Shown piece after piece: positions 1 to 13,754 of a stretch of 64,000 nucleotides of DNA. The stretch lies in NCBI GenBank assembly GCA_032718475.1, contig JAUCBJ010007841.1, positions 1-64,000 of the forward strand, given 5' to 3'. The DNA is from Nemertoderma westbladi. Its lineage: Eukaryota > Animalia > Xenacoelomorpha. Each line of letters opens with the position of its first letter. Position 1 is the first letter of the stretch. Both the position numbers and the translations under genes were made by a program. The notes beneath the pieces were generated by a model that saw only the letters and a list, made by a program, of their open reading frames with translations, did no database searches and had not been told where the DNA came from.

Positions 1-594
1 TAGTTACAGTTGAATTTTTGATGGTCATCAGTTGTTATTTGCGTCGATTTTCCCTGGAGCGGGATAAATCCCCCCCCCCCCCCCCCCCCCCCCAATCCCA
101 CACACACACAGACCCCTATCTTCTCAGCGTTTTCTATTCGCCAACATAAGAGGAGCCTGTTTGATTGGCTTCTGCCTTATGGTGGCCTCGAATTCAACAG
201 ACTTAATTAAGAATAAAGAACTAACTAACCTGTGATGGGCGGTTGTAACAGACGTATATGTAGGATTCACACAGCGACGAACTTGATCCTCATCCATTGA
301 ATTGGTTAGTAATCGTTGTTTACTCGGAAAATCATCAATTAGAATACTTAGTCGTTGTACAGTAGTAAGTGAAAAGTGAAGTAACCAAGTTAAAAACCCC
401 GCAATAAAGTATAAAACCCTTCCTGTAAGTTTAAAACATAAAATTGGTAACTAAAAGCAACTGTGGCCAGAAAGTTGTTACCGGTAGCTTATCGGAAAAG
501 TAAAGGTTAATAATAATTATTACCTTTTCCTTCTCCAGTTGAGACTTCAGTCCAGTCTCCAGTCATATGGCATACATTTAGTATTAATATTCAA

Positions 595-1010
595 TGTTTT
601 TATTCTCAGTGTATTTATTTTCTCAATGATTTTTTTCTCAGTGTATTTATTTTCTCAATGATTTTTTTCTCAAGATTTGATTGGTCATGCTTTTTTTTCT
701 CAACATCTGATTGGTCAAATCTAAAATAATTTTTTTCGCAATGTTTTTTTTCTCAATGTATTTATTTTCTCAATGTTTTTTTTTCTCAATGTATTTATTT
801 TCTCAATGTTTTTTTTCTCAATATCTGATTGGCCAGCCTTGCCTTTTTTTGCTTAATATCTGATTGGATAAACCCTGAATTTTTTTCTCAATATCCGATT
901 GGCTAATCCGCGTATTTATTTTCTCAATATCTGATTGGCTGAGCCCTGCCTTTTTTATCTCAATATCTGATTGGATAAACCGTGAATTTTTTTCTCAATA
1001 TCTGATTAGT
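595..1010 (+). repeat. Minisatellite arm (ttctcaatgtatttattttctcaatgtttt, with atctgattgg variants)
   Basis: Tandem ~16-18-bp units; reverse complement of the array at 2867-3575. Confidence 0.9.
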
Positions 1011-1394
1011 CGCACCTCCAGCTGTCTGCCTCTACAGCAGTACAATAGGTTCTTTTGCAATCTCTACTTATTGAACCGGTAGGCTAGGCCTGCCTGTTTG
1101 TTTGTTATTTCAGTATTCTTGGTTGTGGGTAGTTTTACCCGCAATGTAACTTCCTCGGTCACAACCTCGTGTTCTGATCATAAACTCAGCCACCAAACAA
1201 TTATCTCCTCCCTTTATCACCACGAACCTAAACAACCAAATTAATTGTGTATTATTACTAGTGTTGTGTCAGTACCAAATTTTTCAACCAGTACCAGTAC
1301 TGCATAATACCGACTCTACTGGTCGGACCTGTGCCAAAAATTTTTTATGGGAGTAAAATTGCCGCAAAAATCAATGCCTCATCATCCCCCAGAC

Positions 1395-2566
1395 GGCCCG
1401 AGCCATCTCGTTGGAATGCATCCACACTCCCCATCAAGGGGTTGACAAATCCCTTCGGCGAGCCCGACAGTGCGTGTACTGGCCGGGCCTCACCAATGAC
1501 ATTCGGACATCCGTCGCCAGCTGTCTGTCGTGTCTTCGCCACCGATCGACCCCACCGAAGAAACCCTTCCTCCAGGAACCTCCCCCAACATGGATATTCG
1601 AAGACATATCCGCGGACTTTTTCATACCCGCTGGGTAATGGGCATGCGGAGGCAACTGTAAAGTCCCTCAAGAGCCTTCTAGATAAAGTAGGTGGCTCTC
1701 ACACCTCTGAGGCCTTTGCCGAGGGTCTCCTCTCACTCAGGAACAGCCAACGGGAGAGCGGTCTCTCTCCCGCTTTGCAGGACATTGCTTTCGCCGTGAG
1801 GACCAGCCAGTGCATAATCTTGTACTTTAGCAGCCTCATGGAGTGAATAAGCATGGTGGACAGCCCATGACTTTCTTGAGACGCATCTTAAAGAACACTG
1901 GCCTTGAAGATGCGGATGATCTAGCAAATGTCTTGGGTGATAGGGAGTTGTGGTGGCGCAATTTTGTCAAGAAGCCGGCACAGCATTCTTAAAAATGCAG
2001 CTGCAATGCAGCATGCCGATACTACTACTACTACTCTCTCCCGCTCAAGGCGTGTACGGCCACCCCCTCCGTTCTCGCGTCCCGCACACCACAGTGCATT
2101 TGCGGCGGACCACCAGGCCACACGGCGCTGACTCGATGAAGTTCTTCCACCACTACGTGGGCAACGCATTACCAACTATAACGAAGCGGCCCACAGCCTC
2201 CCGCCCCTCGCAGTTCATGACCACGTCGTGATACAAGACCCCCACTCCAAATGCTGGGACCGAAAGGGGATGGTCGTTGAGGCTGGGCCCAACCGTAGAT
2301 ACACGGTCAGGACCTCTTCCGGCCATAATATAAGTAGGAACCGTCGCTTCCTACTTCTCGACACTTCGACGCCACACTCCAGTGCCGCTCCGGCAACTCC
2401 CAGGATTCCCGACGACATTGCCACAACACACACACCCGTGGTGGAGATCAACCCCGCCGGGCTACCCAAAACTGTCAGATTTGACAATAATGTTACTACA
2501 CGCGAAATACCTACACGCACCCGCCGTTACCCTACTCGGCAGCATAAACCCCCACAGCGACTATAA
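1395..2566 (+). pseudogene. Degenerate Gypsy integrase remnant
   Basis: HHCC zinc motif (IHTPHQG...YWPGL...CLSC), ISADFF, NGHAEATVKSLK, LLSLRNS..SGLSPA/QGVYGHPLRS and C-terminal RRYTVRT..RNRRFL spread over several frames; catalytic core largely deleted. Confidence 0.85.
1775..2033 (+). mobile_element. 5'-truncated RTE LINE 3' end inserted in the integrase remnant
   Basis: Near identical to 63185-63430; (ACT)n tail; 12-bp TSD CTCTCTCCCGCT at 1763-1774 and 2034-2045. Confidence 0.9.
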
Positions 2567-2589
2567 CTCATAACGAGCTAGAAGGGGGG

Positions 2590-2866
2590 TGTAGTAACAT
2601 CCAGTGGTTCACACTTTTATATATTTCATTTTACATATATTCGGTGGCTGGTTACTAAAGTGACATTTACAGTGTACCCTGATTACGTTGGTTGCCTAGT
2701 GATATCAGCAGATCAGCTGATCACCAGTACTTATGTAGTACTGCACTTCGGCTTCCTAAAGCCTACACCTGTACACTTCTGCACTGCATTGTTTGACATA
2801 TGAATGCACAATATACCGATATGATATAGCCTCACGCTCACCCTTGAGTTATTCAATATCACTACA
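2590..2866 (+). repeat. 3' LTR of the Gypsy remnant
   Basis: Preceded by PPT agaagggggg; termini TGTAGT...ACTACA; no matching 5' LTR seen. Confidence 0.8.
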
Positions 2867-3575
2867 ATTGAGAAAAAAACATTGAGAAAATAAATACATT
2901 GAGAAAAAAAACATTGAGAAAAAAATTATTATAGATTTGACCAATCAGATGTTGAGAAGAAAAAGCATGACCAATCAAATATTGAGAAAAAAAAACATTT
3001 TGAAAATAAATACATTGAGAAAAAAAACATTGTGAAAATAAATGCATTGAGAAAAACATTGAGAAAATAAATACAATGAGAAAAAAAACATTGAGAAAAT
3101 AAATACATTGAGAAAAAAAACATTGAGAAAATAAATACATTGAGAAAAAAAACATTGTGAAAATAAATACATTGAGAAAAAACATTGAGAAAAAAATTAT
3201 TTTAGATTTGACCAATCAGATGTTGAGAAAAAAAAGCATGACAAATCAAATATTGAGAAAAAAACGATTGAGAAAAGAAATACATTGAGAAAAAAAAGAT
3301 TGAGAAAATAAATGCATTGAGAAAAAAAACATTGAGTAAATAAATACATTGAGAAAAAAACATTGAGAAAATAAATACATTGAGAAAAAAAACATTGAGA
3401 AAAAATTATCTTAGATTTGATCAATCAGATGTTGAGAAAAATAAGCATGACCAATCAAATATTGAGAAAAAAAACATTGAGAAAATAAATACATTGAGAA
3501 AAAATCATTGAGAAAATAAATGCATTGAGAAAAAAATCATTGAGAAAATAAATGCATTGAGAAAAAAAACATTAA
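2867..3575 (-). repeat. Minisatellite arm (attgagaaaataaatacattgagaaaaaaaac)
   Basis: Tandem units, inverted relative to 595-1010. Confidence 0.9.
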
Positions 3576-5007
3576 ATATTAATACTAAATATATTCCATA
3601 CAGTCAGTGCTAGCGTGTATGTCACAGTTACTACCTATTTAGTTACTTAACGGTAAGAATTTTTTATAATTCTTCTTCAACTAAATAATAGAGTGCAGCA
3701 TATGTAATATAATATAATCATTTAAAAGGATTGTATATGTATATGCCCGGTATTTCAGTCTCTTAACATGGAACTAATTAATTGTTGACAAAATTGTTCA
3801 AAATTTATTCTTGCGGGCTTCTGGCATATTTTAGATTATAGATTTATTTTGGATTTAAAAGGGGGTTAAACGACCTACACCTACCTACACACACCCCTAC
3901 ATCCCAATACACACTTTAAATAATGTTTACTATTTGTCGTTTATTGTTTTGGTTCCTTCAACCCGCCGCTGAAACCTGCTTCTGTACTAATCTGCCTACA
4001 AGTAAGTGTATAGTATAAGTCTAAGTATAAGTGTAGGCCTTTGTAGGTGTATGTGTAGTAGCCTTTACCCCCTATTATTGTCAAGGCGTATAAGAACAAA
4101 GGTCCCAGAACGCCTTGTTTAAAGTGTATAATGTTATGACCGTGGTAGGAAATAATGGTGTGGGGAAAAAGTGTGGGGAAATTGCAAAAATAGATTAAGA
4201 AGTTCTAACTCTCGCAAAAAGTACTTTCCTCACTGGTTGCATGAAGGCAACCTCGTAAAGTACAGTAAATATAGAAGATTAAGTATAGAAGATTCTGAAT
4301 ATAGAAGATTCAGTTACAAAGACTTAGTGCGCAATTCAGTGTCAGCTAAATTATTGGAAGCAAATCGTATAATGTCTACTAAATTTGGAAAATTTACTTA
4401 AAAATAAAAAAGCGACTGAGACCTTAAATATATTCAAATATTTACAAAACTAATATTTATTTAAAACAAATATTATATTTGTGTTTATTTCAACATGGAA
4501 TGTAAAGCACCTAGTTAATTCACTTTAATATTAAAACACAAGACATTGCCAACATTTATTACATCATTATTATTTTGCTGTATATTTTAATATGATTGTA
4601 GGATAATATGATTATGGATTTATTTCAATTGGCTAAGCAAACGTAAGAACAAATTAGTGTGTACTGTATTTAAACTATCGCAGAAACAATTATGGCATTT
4701 CTTTGTCTGCCATTGCGTCTTGCAGATTAACTCATAATATATTATTATACTTACTGATTGCTGGGTGACCTAAAATTAAACTACACTTGTGAGGGAGAAT
4801 TCTGTAAATATTAAAACCATATTTTATGAAACCATATTAAGTTTAAATTATTAAAAAAAAATTAAATCGTTTCGCTACTTCAGTAAATAATATGAACAAT
4901 TTTATCAATTAGTAACATTTATAATTGCATTAGTGTCGTCCGGGAGTGGAACAAGATATGCATAGGAGAGGAATTGGCACCCGCGTGTTAGCCAAGGGGG
5001 CAGCAAA

Positions 5008-5220
5008 TGACTTTTGAATTTTGTCGGGCACAGCTTTGCAAAGTCAGCAATGACGTCCAGGTGGGATCGAACTGCTGACCTTCGAGTTGGAAGTCTAACG
5101 CTCTAACCATTAAGCTAGCGGCTCTGGTAAAAAGATAGACCTGGAAATATTATCTGATACCTTTTATATCCACCATTTACCTCCTCATGGCCTCCCATCT
5201 ATCTATACCATCATATGCTA
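5008..5220 (-). mobile_element. tRNA-containing dispersed repeat (same family as 13755-14407 and 27093-27271)
   Basis: Reverse complement contains GCCGCTAGCTTAATGGTTAGAGCG...AGTTCGATCCC (A/B-box-like); aligns by eye with the other copies. Confidence 0.8.
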
Positions 5221-5872
5221 CACTCATTCACTCCGATAATAAATTATAAAACAATTTGGATTTAGGCGCCCCAAAGTACATTTTACTAAGTTTCAAAACC
5301 GCTCTCTTTGCTCGCGTTTTAACTGATTTCATATAAAGCGGATGTTTGGTCAACCTATTGTTACTTGACAGACGATTCCCTATTCTAAATCAATTATTGC
5401 GGCAAACAATATGTTGTTTCGGTTTCCGAATATATGTTATTCTACTTATATTTAAAATATTGCAAAATATGAACATCATTTTTATATTTTTTGGGCTCGT
5501 TTCAAAGTGGGTGAGGTGAGGGGGTGTCATCAATCACTTTTCGGTGTAACTGTCTCTCACTACTTTCTAGAATTACATACTAATTCAATAAAAGAAGACT
5601 AGAAGGCGAAGACGTAGTAGCAAATAACATAGCTGGAACTACGAACTGCAAATATCATGAGAAGTGTTATTATTATATTCCTGAAAGGCAGAGAAGCCTT
5701 ACTCCCAAGGTTCTATACTGTCTCTGTCTTACAGTAGACGCACCAGTTGCAAAAATGTCTAATTAATTCAACCCGGTAGCATACCTCAGTCATCCCAGCT
5801 GGATTGCTAACCATCTGCTTGTTTAGGGTTCTTAGATTATCCTAACAAAATCCCAGCTGTTTCTGTTATTAT

Positions 5873-6816
5873 TTATTAGGAGCCCGCTCGACAGGCGGGA
5901 TACTTACTGTAAGAATCTCAGGGATACTTACTGTAAAAATCTCAGGATATATAACACTGACTGACTGACTGACTGATAATTATCTAGGTTCAGGCACTTC
6001 CTGCCTGGCGATTTTGTTGAAATTTTACAAGTAAATTGCTTTGGTGGTTCATAATCGCGTTACAAAATATCAGATCAATTCAATGTGTGGTATTCGATAT
6101 ATTTCGTTTTTTTGAAATTATTTTGTCGCGAAATTAAAAGCAATGGTAAAGTAACAACTCCTCCCTGAGCTGCAACAGCTATATAGCTGTGTAGTAATGG
6201 TTGAGTACAGGGCTGCCTGAAATAGAATTCCATCAAGGCAGAATTTCTTGACTACACTCTTCCTGCTGTTGGCTGCTGTCTGAGTTTACACATCCTTTAT
6301 CAGCTCTCAGGGATAGGCAGAAAATAGTTGAGTTGTCAATAAACAAAATAAAATATACCACTGCAGTAGGATTATATTATTATTCCACGAATCATTGGGC
6401 TGATTATTTTGTATAGGATATATGTAGAATGTTCTTAAAAATAATATTCTTATTTTTATTATTACATAGGATTAGCATTATTTTTTAGCTGAAGCATTAA
6501 TAGTGTAAATTAATTTAATTATATTTTAATACCATTACTACATTGGCATACTGTAAGATAAGTTTTAACATTTCTTACAAATAGGGGTGCGAGCATAAAA
6601 CGCAAATCACGCAAATTTAAAAGAACCGGGTGTGTTGTCATAGCAAAGTTTCATTTTTTATTATGTGGGACGAGCCACAAAGTCAGATAGCCCCACGCCT
6701 TATAGTTTAGACAATTGTTTAGTTTACTTACTGCTGACCGACAAGGTTTATTTCTAATAGTCTTTTAATAGGCTTCTTCCCCCGGGCTCCTTCCAGCCAG
6801 CTTGCTGGCTTTCTAG
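5873..6816 (+). mobile_element. Non-autonomous Helentron/DINE-1-like (HINE) element
   Basis: Subterminal inverted repeat AGGAGCCCG (5878-5886)/CGGGCTCCT (6783-6791), (CTGA)n microsatellite near 5957-5976, 3' hairpin AGCCAGC-TT-GCTGGCT followed by TTCTAG. Confidence 0.65.
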
Positions 6817-7639
6817 ATGTATTATTATAGTTGTCAGCCGTTCACTGATTGCATGTAACGTCTAGGTCCTGTTGCTTTTTAGTTTTTTACATACTTTGGT
6901 ACTGACACACCTACCGGTAAGGTAAGTTTTTTACATAACGTACTTGATAATAAATAAATATAATTATTAATTATTGGTTTTCAAGCTTCTACTTCAATAA
7001 TTATTTATTCCGTTGTCATGACATTGCATCTTAGCAAACTATCCTCTTTCTTAAAATGTATTGGCTGATACTAGATTAATCCTTTGCCCATCCTTGGCTG
7101 TATCTCGCATTTAGGGTGAGCTTAGCTTATCGATCTGCAACGCAACAAGCCACCTTTATGGGAAGTTAAAATTCATGATGGGGGCTGCAGCGCTGATTGT
7201 CGACATTATATTCAACTTATTAACTAATTACCATATCAAAGTCAATCAAAAATGGATTGACATATTATATAAATAGTAATGTGAAATTTAAATTAAAATA
7301 TGTGCGCTAAAGAATAGCGTATGTAAAGGCTTTTAACAAAACAATGTTCCTTTCGCATTTTCTGTGTGTTGTGTAGGCACTAAAATAATTACTAGAAACG
7401 ACGTGAAATGAAACTGCCTCTTTATCATAATAACCTTGTCCATTTGTGTCGGTGGTAAGATAAAACGACACGTCTGGTGGAATTCGATGTCTTAAAGAAC
7501 CACAACAATAAAAATTCGCATAAGTTTTCAGCATTTCGCAGCTTTTTCGCATAAGGTTCAAAGTGTACAAAGAGTTGGTGAATGCTGTGTGGGAGGATGG
7601 CCACGGTGTTTCTTTACTTCCAAATATAACGATAAATCT

Positions 7640-7712
7640 CTGGATATCACAAAACCAACTCGAATTAAAAGTCCGTCTCTAGCCCTGTTGGATCACATCA
7701 TAAACATTATCA
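7640..7712 (+). pseudogene. Small LINE endonuclease fragment
   Basis: ITKPTRIKSPSLALLDHII resembles the PTR...S.LDHI motif at the end of APE endonucleases. Confidence 0.5.
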
Positions 7713-7756
7713 ATATTTATTCTAGTTCTAGGACCCCCCCCCCCCCCCCCCCCACC

Positions 7757-8985
7757 ATGTTCACGTTTGTACCCGATGTGGTACCATTTGTACTACCCGG
7801 GCGCGTGGTCACGTTTGTCCCCGATGTGGTACCATTTGTACTACCCAGGCGCGTGGTCACGTTTTTACCCGATGTGGTACCATTTGTACTACCCGGGCGC
7901 GTGGTCACGTTTGTACCCGATGTGGTACCATTTGTACTACCCGGGCGCGTGGTCACGTTTGTACCCGATGTGGTACCATTTGTACTACCCGGGCGCGTGG
8001 TCACGTTTGTACCCGATGTGATACCATTTGTACTACCCGGGCGCGTGGTCACGTTTGTACCCGATGTGGTACCATTTGTACTACCCGTGCATGTGGTCAC
8101 GTTTGTACCCGATGTGGTACCATTTGTACTACCCAGGCGCGTGGTCATGTTTATACACGATGTGGTACCATTTTAATACCCGGGCGCGTGTTCACGTTTG
8201 TACCCGATGTGGTACCATTTGTACTACCCGGGCGCGTGGTCACGTTTGTACCCGATGGGGTACCATTTGTACTACCCAGGCGCGTGGTCACGTTTGTACC
8301 CGATGGGGTACCATTTGTACTACCCGGTCGCGTGGTCACTTGTACCTGATGGGGTACCATTTGTACTACCCGGGCGCGTGTCACGTTTGTACCTCATGGG
8401 GTACCATTTGTAATACCCAGGCGCGGGTCACGTTTGTACCCCATGGGGTACCATTTTAATACCCGGGCGCGTGTTCACGTTTGTACCCGATGTGGTACCA
8501 TTTGTACTACCCGGGCGCGTGGTCATGTTTATACCCGATGGGGTACCATTTTAATACCCGGGCGCGTGTTCACGTTTGTACCCGATGGGGTACCATTTGT
8601 ACTACCCAGGCGCGTGGTCACGTTTGTACCCGATGGGGTACCATTTGTACTACCCGGTCGCGTGGTCACTTGTACCTGATGGGGTACCCAATTTGTACTA
8701 CCCGGGCGCATGTCACGTTTGTACCTCATGGGGTACCATTTGTAATACCCAGGCGCGGGTCACGTTTGTACCCCATGGGGTACCATTTTTACTACCCGGT
8801 CGCGTGGTCACTTGTACCTGATGGGGTACCATTTGTACTACCCGGGCGCGGGTCACGTTTGTACCCCATGGGGTACCATTTTTACAACCCGGGCGCGGGT
8901 CACATTTGTACCCGATGAGGTACCATTTGTACTACCCGGGCGCGGGTCACGTTTGTATGCGATGGGTTGCCATTTTTACATCCGA
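7757..8985. repeat. 48-bp GC-rich minisatellite, about 25 copies
   Basis: Unit acccgggcgcgtggtcacgtttgtacccgatgtggtaccatttgtact; explains all overlapping repetitive ORFs at 7589-9093. Confidence 0.95.
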
Positions 8986-11659
8986 GTCGCAGTGACCTTT
9001 TTGTATCATCTGGACGCGGTGCTACGTAATTCAAATGCAGGACATAAAAATCATAATAGTAAAATATTTTCAAATTTGGATCATTCAAACTAATAAGATT
9101 CTAATTGTCATTATCATCATCACCTCAAAAATACATGTGCCACTTAACTATTAAAATATAAGACAAAGTCGTTCCTTACATATTCCATAATTAGCATTAA
9201 TAATATACTTTGAATTATATAATAAAATTATAAGTTAAAAAAAAAATAATAAATCACAGTCATCTTTAAATTACAATCGAATTACTACCATGTTAATACT
9301 ATATAGTCTAGTTCTCCTAATCTTCCTATTCTTCTATCGGCTCCTCTTGTTCTACACATCTACAAGCACTGCTATCGGGCTGCTCTCCAATACCCAATAT
9401 ATTTTTATCTTACGTATAATTGTAATGAGTTTCTATTTGTAATATAATTGGTCAAAATAAACACTGAATCAAATATCCCACGCACAGGCTGAAACTGAAT
9501 GGGTCTAAACGTAGAGAGCGTCAAAAAAGCAGACAATGCTTCATCGCAGTTTTACTCAACGCTCAACCAATCAGTCGGAAATAGGCAGAGAGCAGATTGA
9601 TGCTGTAGAATGGCTATCAATTAATTTGCTACCCGAAGAAAAGAGACTTCAACCAACTTCAACTAAAAGTAGAAACTGTAGCTGATCGCTTGGGTGATCA
9701 GCTGGGTGATCGCCACACATAATAACCATACATATCATTACATAATATTCTGTAAGTTTTTATACGTTCTATCTAAATCAAATATTACTGTAATATAATT
9801 ACTGATAAACACCACAATACAACAATACAAATGTATACGGTGGGGTGTTAAGGCTTAAAATACGTTATCTATGGCCACGCGAAGACAAAAAAGTAAACAC
9901 GACATACAGTGATGTAATTAGTAATATGTGACAGCCCCTAGAGTAAATTACGACGTTACAATAAAATCTTCAAGAAAATCTATGGGAAATCCCAGTAGGT
10001 CAATGTTATTACGTTTTATTTGTAAAATTTCAGCACAAAGACTAAACCTTCCACTCATTATAATAGTCTAATGGCACATACGACTGGCGACTTGTTATAT
10101 AAATTGTCTATAATTACAAAAATTTACAATGTTCCGGAGATTAAGTCGATTTGTGGAAGCACAACCATTAAGACAAAGATCACTAAGGAAACCAATAATA
10201 CCGTGTTTCGGTGAATTAAGAGTTGAGGCAATAAAATATATAAACCGAGAAACTAACATTAACATCATATCTAAAAATGGCACTAAATGTTAAAATAATT
10301 TTCGCTTTACAAAGTGCTAAAGAGTGCTAAAGGGCGTCAGAAATTCGAGAAGAATATAACTCGAAAAGGAACATCAAAACGGGCATAGAAAATAGAAAAA
10401 GGTATGACAAGCGCAAACACTCATAATTTTCGGATTAATTATTTATTTTTTCAATTATCGTTTCGTATATGACGTTCAATATTTGTCTTGTTAAAGCAAA
10501 TATCTGCTAGTAGATTGACAAGAGAGGAGGCTGGTTAATTATTAATTACTCATTTCAGCATACAATCCAAAGGGAATAATACTGAATATTAATGAAGTTG
10601 TTTTATATGGGTGTTTGTGGTGTAATTGACTGCTACTCTATATTCACTTGCTCTATAGAGCAAAGGGGTTCTCATAATTAATTGCTATTTAAGTTTACCA
10701 ATTTAATTTATAAACATTTATTTATAATAAATATTAATGAAGACCGTTTTCAACAGAATGATGTAGGCCTACCATACTAAATTTATTTCACAAAAATGGC
10801 GTGATGAGATGAGAGGGTTGAAGGAGAATTGTTCTTATGAAAGTGAGAAAGTGACATGAAGCTAAAAATCCCCAAAACGATGTGAAAACAGATTATATTT
10901 TATAATAAGATATAAAAAATAAAAAAATAAAAAAATTAACGAGTTTTAATCCATTTTATCTGTTGGTGATACTAGCAATGCGGTCCTCAAAGTCCGTAAA
11001 AGGAAATGTTTGAAAGAAGTTTAATAAACTAAAGCTCTGCTCTGCTCTGCAAAGTAAAGCTAATATTGTGGGAAAATCTCAAGGGAACGATTATGTGTAA
11101 TGAGTGGATTTACGATAAGCCCTAAGAGCTAAATAATGTTGCTAAATGTTGGTTGGTGATTGGGGGAAGGACATATTTCATGGATGCCCCAGTCTAATTA
11201 ATTATGGTCAAATTGGTTGTAATCAGTTGGTTTGGGGAAGGGATGGGTGAACTAGGATGGGATCAGGTGTAATTATTAAAATTCATTTATCAGACACACC
11301 GACCAAACCAGCGTTCATATTATACTTGTTAATTTCCGTGTAAGCACCCCTCCCACCCCTACCCACCCGCATGTAATGTTCTTTTATCCCCCTTTGCTAT
11401 ACTAACATTTTATCTCAAAATTATTGCTTATTGATTGCCGTTTATGGTAAAAGTAATTCCGATTGTATATCTTATCTTACTAGTTTTATGGTTCTACTAG
11501 TTAATAGTTATCCGCTAACGCATTTACATGACTTAATAGTCCATCCATCGATTGAATGTTGTCACGATCGATCTTCTTATTGTCTTATTGGTCCATCTTT
11601 ACATTCAGACGCGTTCTGCTATTCCCCAACAATGGAAGCATCTTTCACAAAGCTGGATA

Positions 11660-12500
11660 ACTGCTGCTAAGCTATCCCCAATGTCTCTCTTAGTAAACCA
11701 CGATCATCAGCAAAGTCAAGATCTGTTAGATGTTCTGTTGGGGACCCACAACTACGGCTACCTGAAGGTGGAGATATTTCCACCCCATCAGCATTGTGAT
11801 ATATCGAGATATCGAGAATGTGTCTGTGTCTCCATCGGTAGTGGATACGAAGGTTGTGGAACAGTCCGAACTGATCTGATTGCATTAATATTGCACAATT
11901 CTATTGGGTATCCCAATATTCCTTCTTATTGGGTATGCGTTAGCGTGATATAGAATTTAAGGCCTTGAAGAAATCCACAAATATGACAGCCAAACGTCTG
12001 TCTTTCTTTGTAGACACTTCATCAATAATCTTTCTAGCTTCTAAATGACAGAAATGGCACAAATGTAGGCTCTAATATGGGTGATGCGCGGCTATTGGCA
12101 TTCCAGATAAGAGGGTGGTTCTCTTGGCGCAATCATAATTAAACAATCTTCAGGATTAAATCAACTCCGCATAATATGTTTACTCTTATGAGTATCATGA
12201 ATGCTTGTGATAGCAAAAGAATCAGCAACATGAGCTACTTGTGTTGTGTTCCTATTATCGTTACCCTCCAAAAGGCCAATGTCTCTAAGGCTGATATCGC
12301 ATAGTAGGTCCCGTCCCTAATTAAAGATTGTGAACGGGCTGGTCACTGCTAAAGTAATGTCCTACAAAGCGAAGGCGGCTCAGTTAAAGTGTTAAGCATG
12401 CGACATACGGGTGAGGGAGCTAATGAAACACCTCCAATGTTGCAGTGTCTGATTTTAGATGTGTTCATTGTACTTTAGACAATGAACCCGGCGTAACATT
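11660..12500 (-). pseudogene. Degraded RTE LINE fragments (RT region)
   Basis: GVEISPPSGSRSCGSPTEHLTDLDFADD in ORF 11667..11885; 12420-12500 resembles the reverse complement of 63060-63150. Confidence 0.75.
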
Positions 12501-13754
12501 CTTGTATAAGTGCCATGCAGAATGCGGATGGCAAACTGATGCACCGGATAACAAACTAGAAGGTAGCCTACTGTGTGGGTTGCATCACAAACATAAATCA
12601 CAGTTCAAGGTAGTATTACAACAATACAACACACGTGTATGGCTGTCCAAATCGGTTTGGGAAGCAAATCCGCTTGCTTTCATTTGCTGGATAGATAACG
12701 ATTCCGAAAGATGATTGGGTGGTTTGAAGCTGAAAACAAAATGAGTGCGAGGTGTTTATATATAATATTGCGTCTATGCTGAGTCCAAATTATTTTCCTT
12801 CACAGTTTCATATTTTATAAAAATTATTTTATCAAGAATCTGAAGCAAGTGGACATTCGTGCAGGTAAGTTCTAATCGGAAACATTCTAGTAAGATCCGA
12901 ATTACAGTTCAATTAATATGTTCAAATATGGTGATGACAAACTACTTCGAGTTGTTCAATCGGTACCTTATTATATAAAACATCAGATTTCAACTACTAG
13001 CTTTCAAAGTTTCAAATAACTATGACCCTCAAATCAAATTTCTCTTTCTCTCAAATAATAATGTCATAGGCATTCAGAGCATACTATATCTCCTGAGCAT
13101 AGCTCCGTAGGTTTTTATAAATTCAAGTGTGTTTCTATTAATCCAATGTTGAAAGCCCTTGTGCAAGCTGCCCATCACGCTTTACAATCCTTAAAGGATT
13201 TATTTGCACATTTAGTTTGTACGATACGATATATTTTCTTGACCTTTGTTCGATTTTATGCAACACAAATTAGGATTTTAGCTTTGTTTGTTCAAGTTTG
13301 TTACATTTGTTACAATCATCTATCATCCGTTATTTATCCCATTATCCCATTATTCCATTATCCCATTATTCCTTTATCCCATACAAAATACATGAAATTA
13401 AAGTTGGGGTTTTCTTTCTAATCGCCCAATAGCGGTTCTGGTTATTCCAATTTATTCAATGCTGAAATTAAAACACAATTCTGGAACTCCATAACATCCA
13501 CGTACTTGGTTGTCTTCACAAAATTAAAATCGCTTAGAATTTCATCTATTCCAACGTTGGAAACACATTGGGACTCCTTATTTACTAAGTGTGAAGCATA
13601 GAAACTACCATTAATTCTTAAAAGACACCTTTCTTGAAGATGCGGATAAATTCGATTAAATGTAATAGGGTTGTGGCAGCGCAATTTTGTTGAGACTGCG
13701 GCATAGCATTTTTGTTTATTTGTGTACTATATATATGTATCAGATAGTTATAAT

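Larger units (their letters stand above)
566..3600. mobile_element. Non-autonomous foldback DNA transposon with minisatellite arms (IS3EU-like termini)
   Basis: Termini TATGG...CCATA. Left start tatggcatacatttagtattaatattcaatg is the near reverse complement of the right end cattaaatattaatactaaatatattccata. 6-bp direct repeat CAGTCA at 560-565 and 3601-3606. TAY..RTA ends with 6-bp TSD match the IS3EU superfamily. Confidence 0.7.

Noticed and set aside
69-93. Long poly-C runs here and at ~7734, ~15953, ~26712 and ~31047
   Set aside because: Associated with repeat ends and of uncertain length; no independent function supportable.
2862-3424. Phe-rich membrane-like ORFs
   Set aside because: Translations of the T-rich minisatellite.
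7589-9093. Many overlapping repetitive ORFs
   Set aside because: By-products of a 48-bp unit lacking stops.
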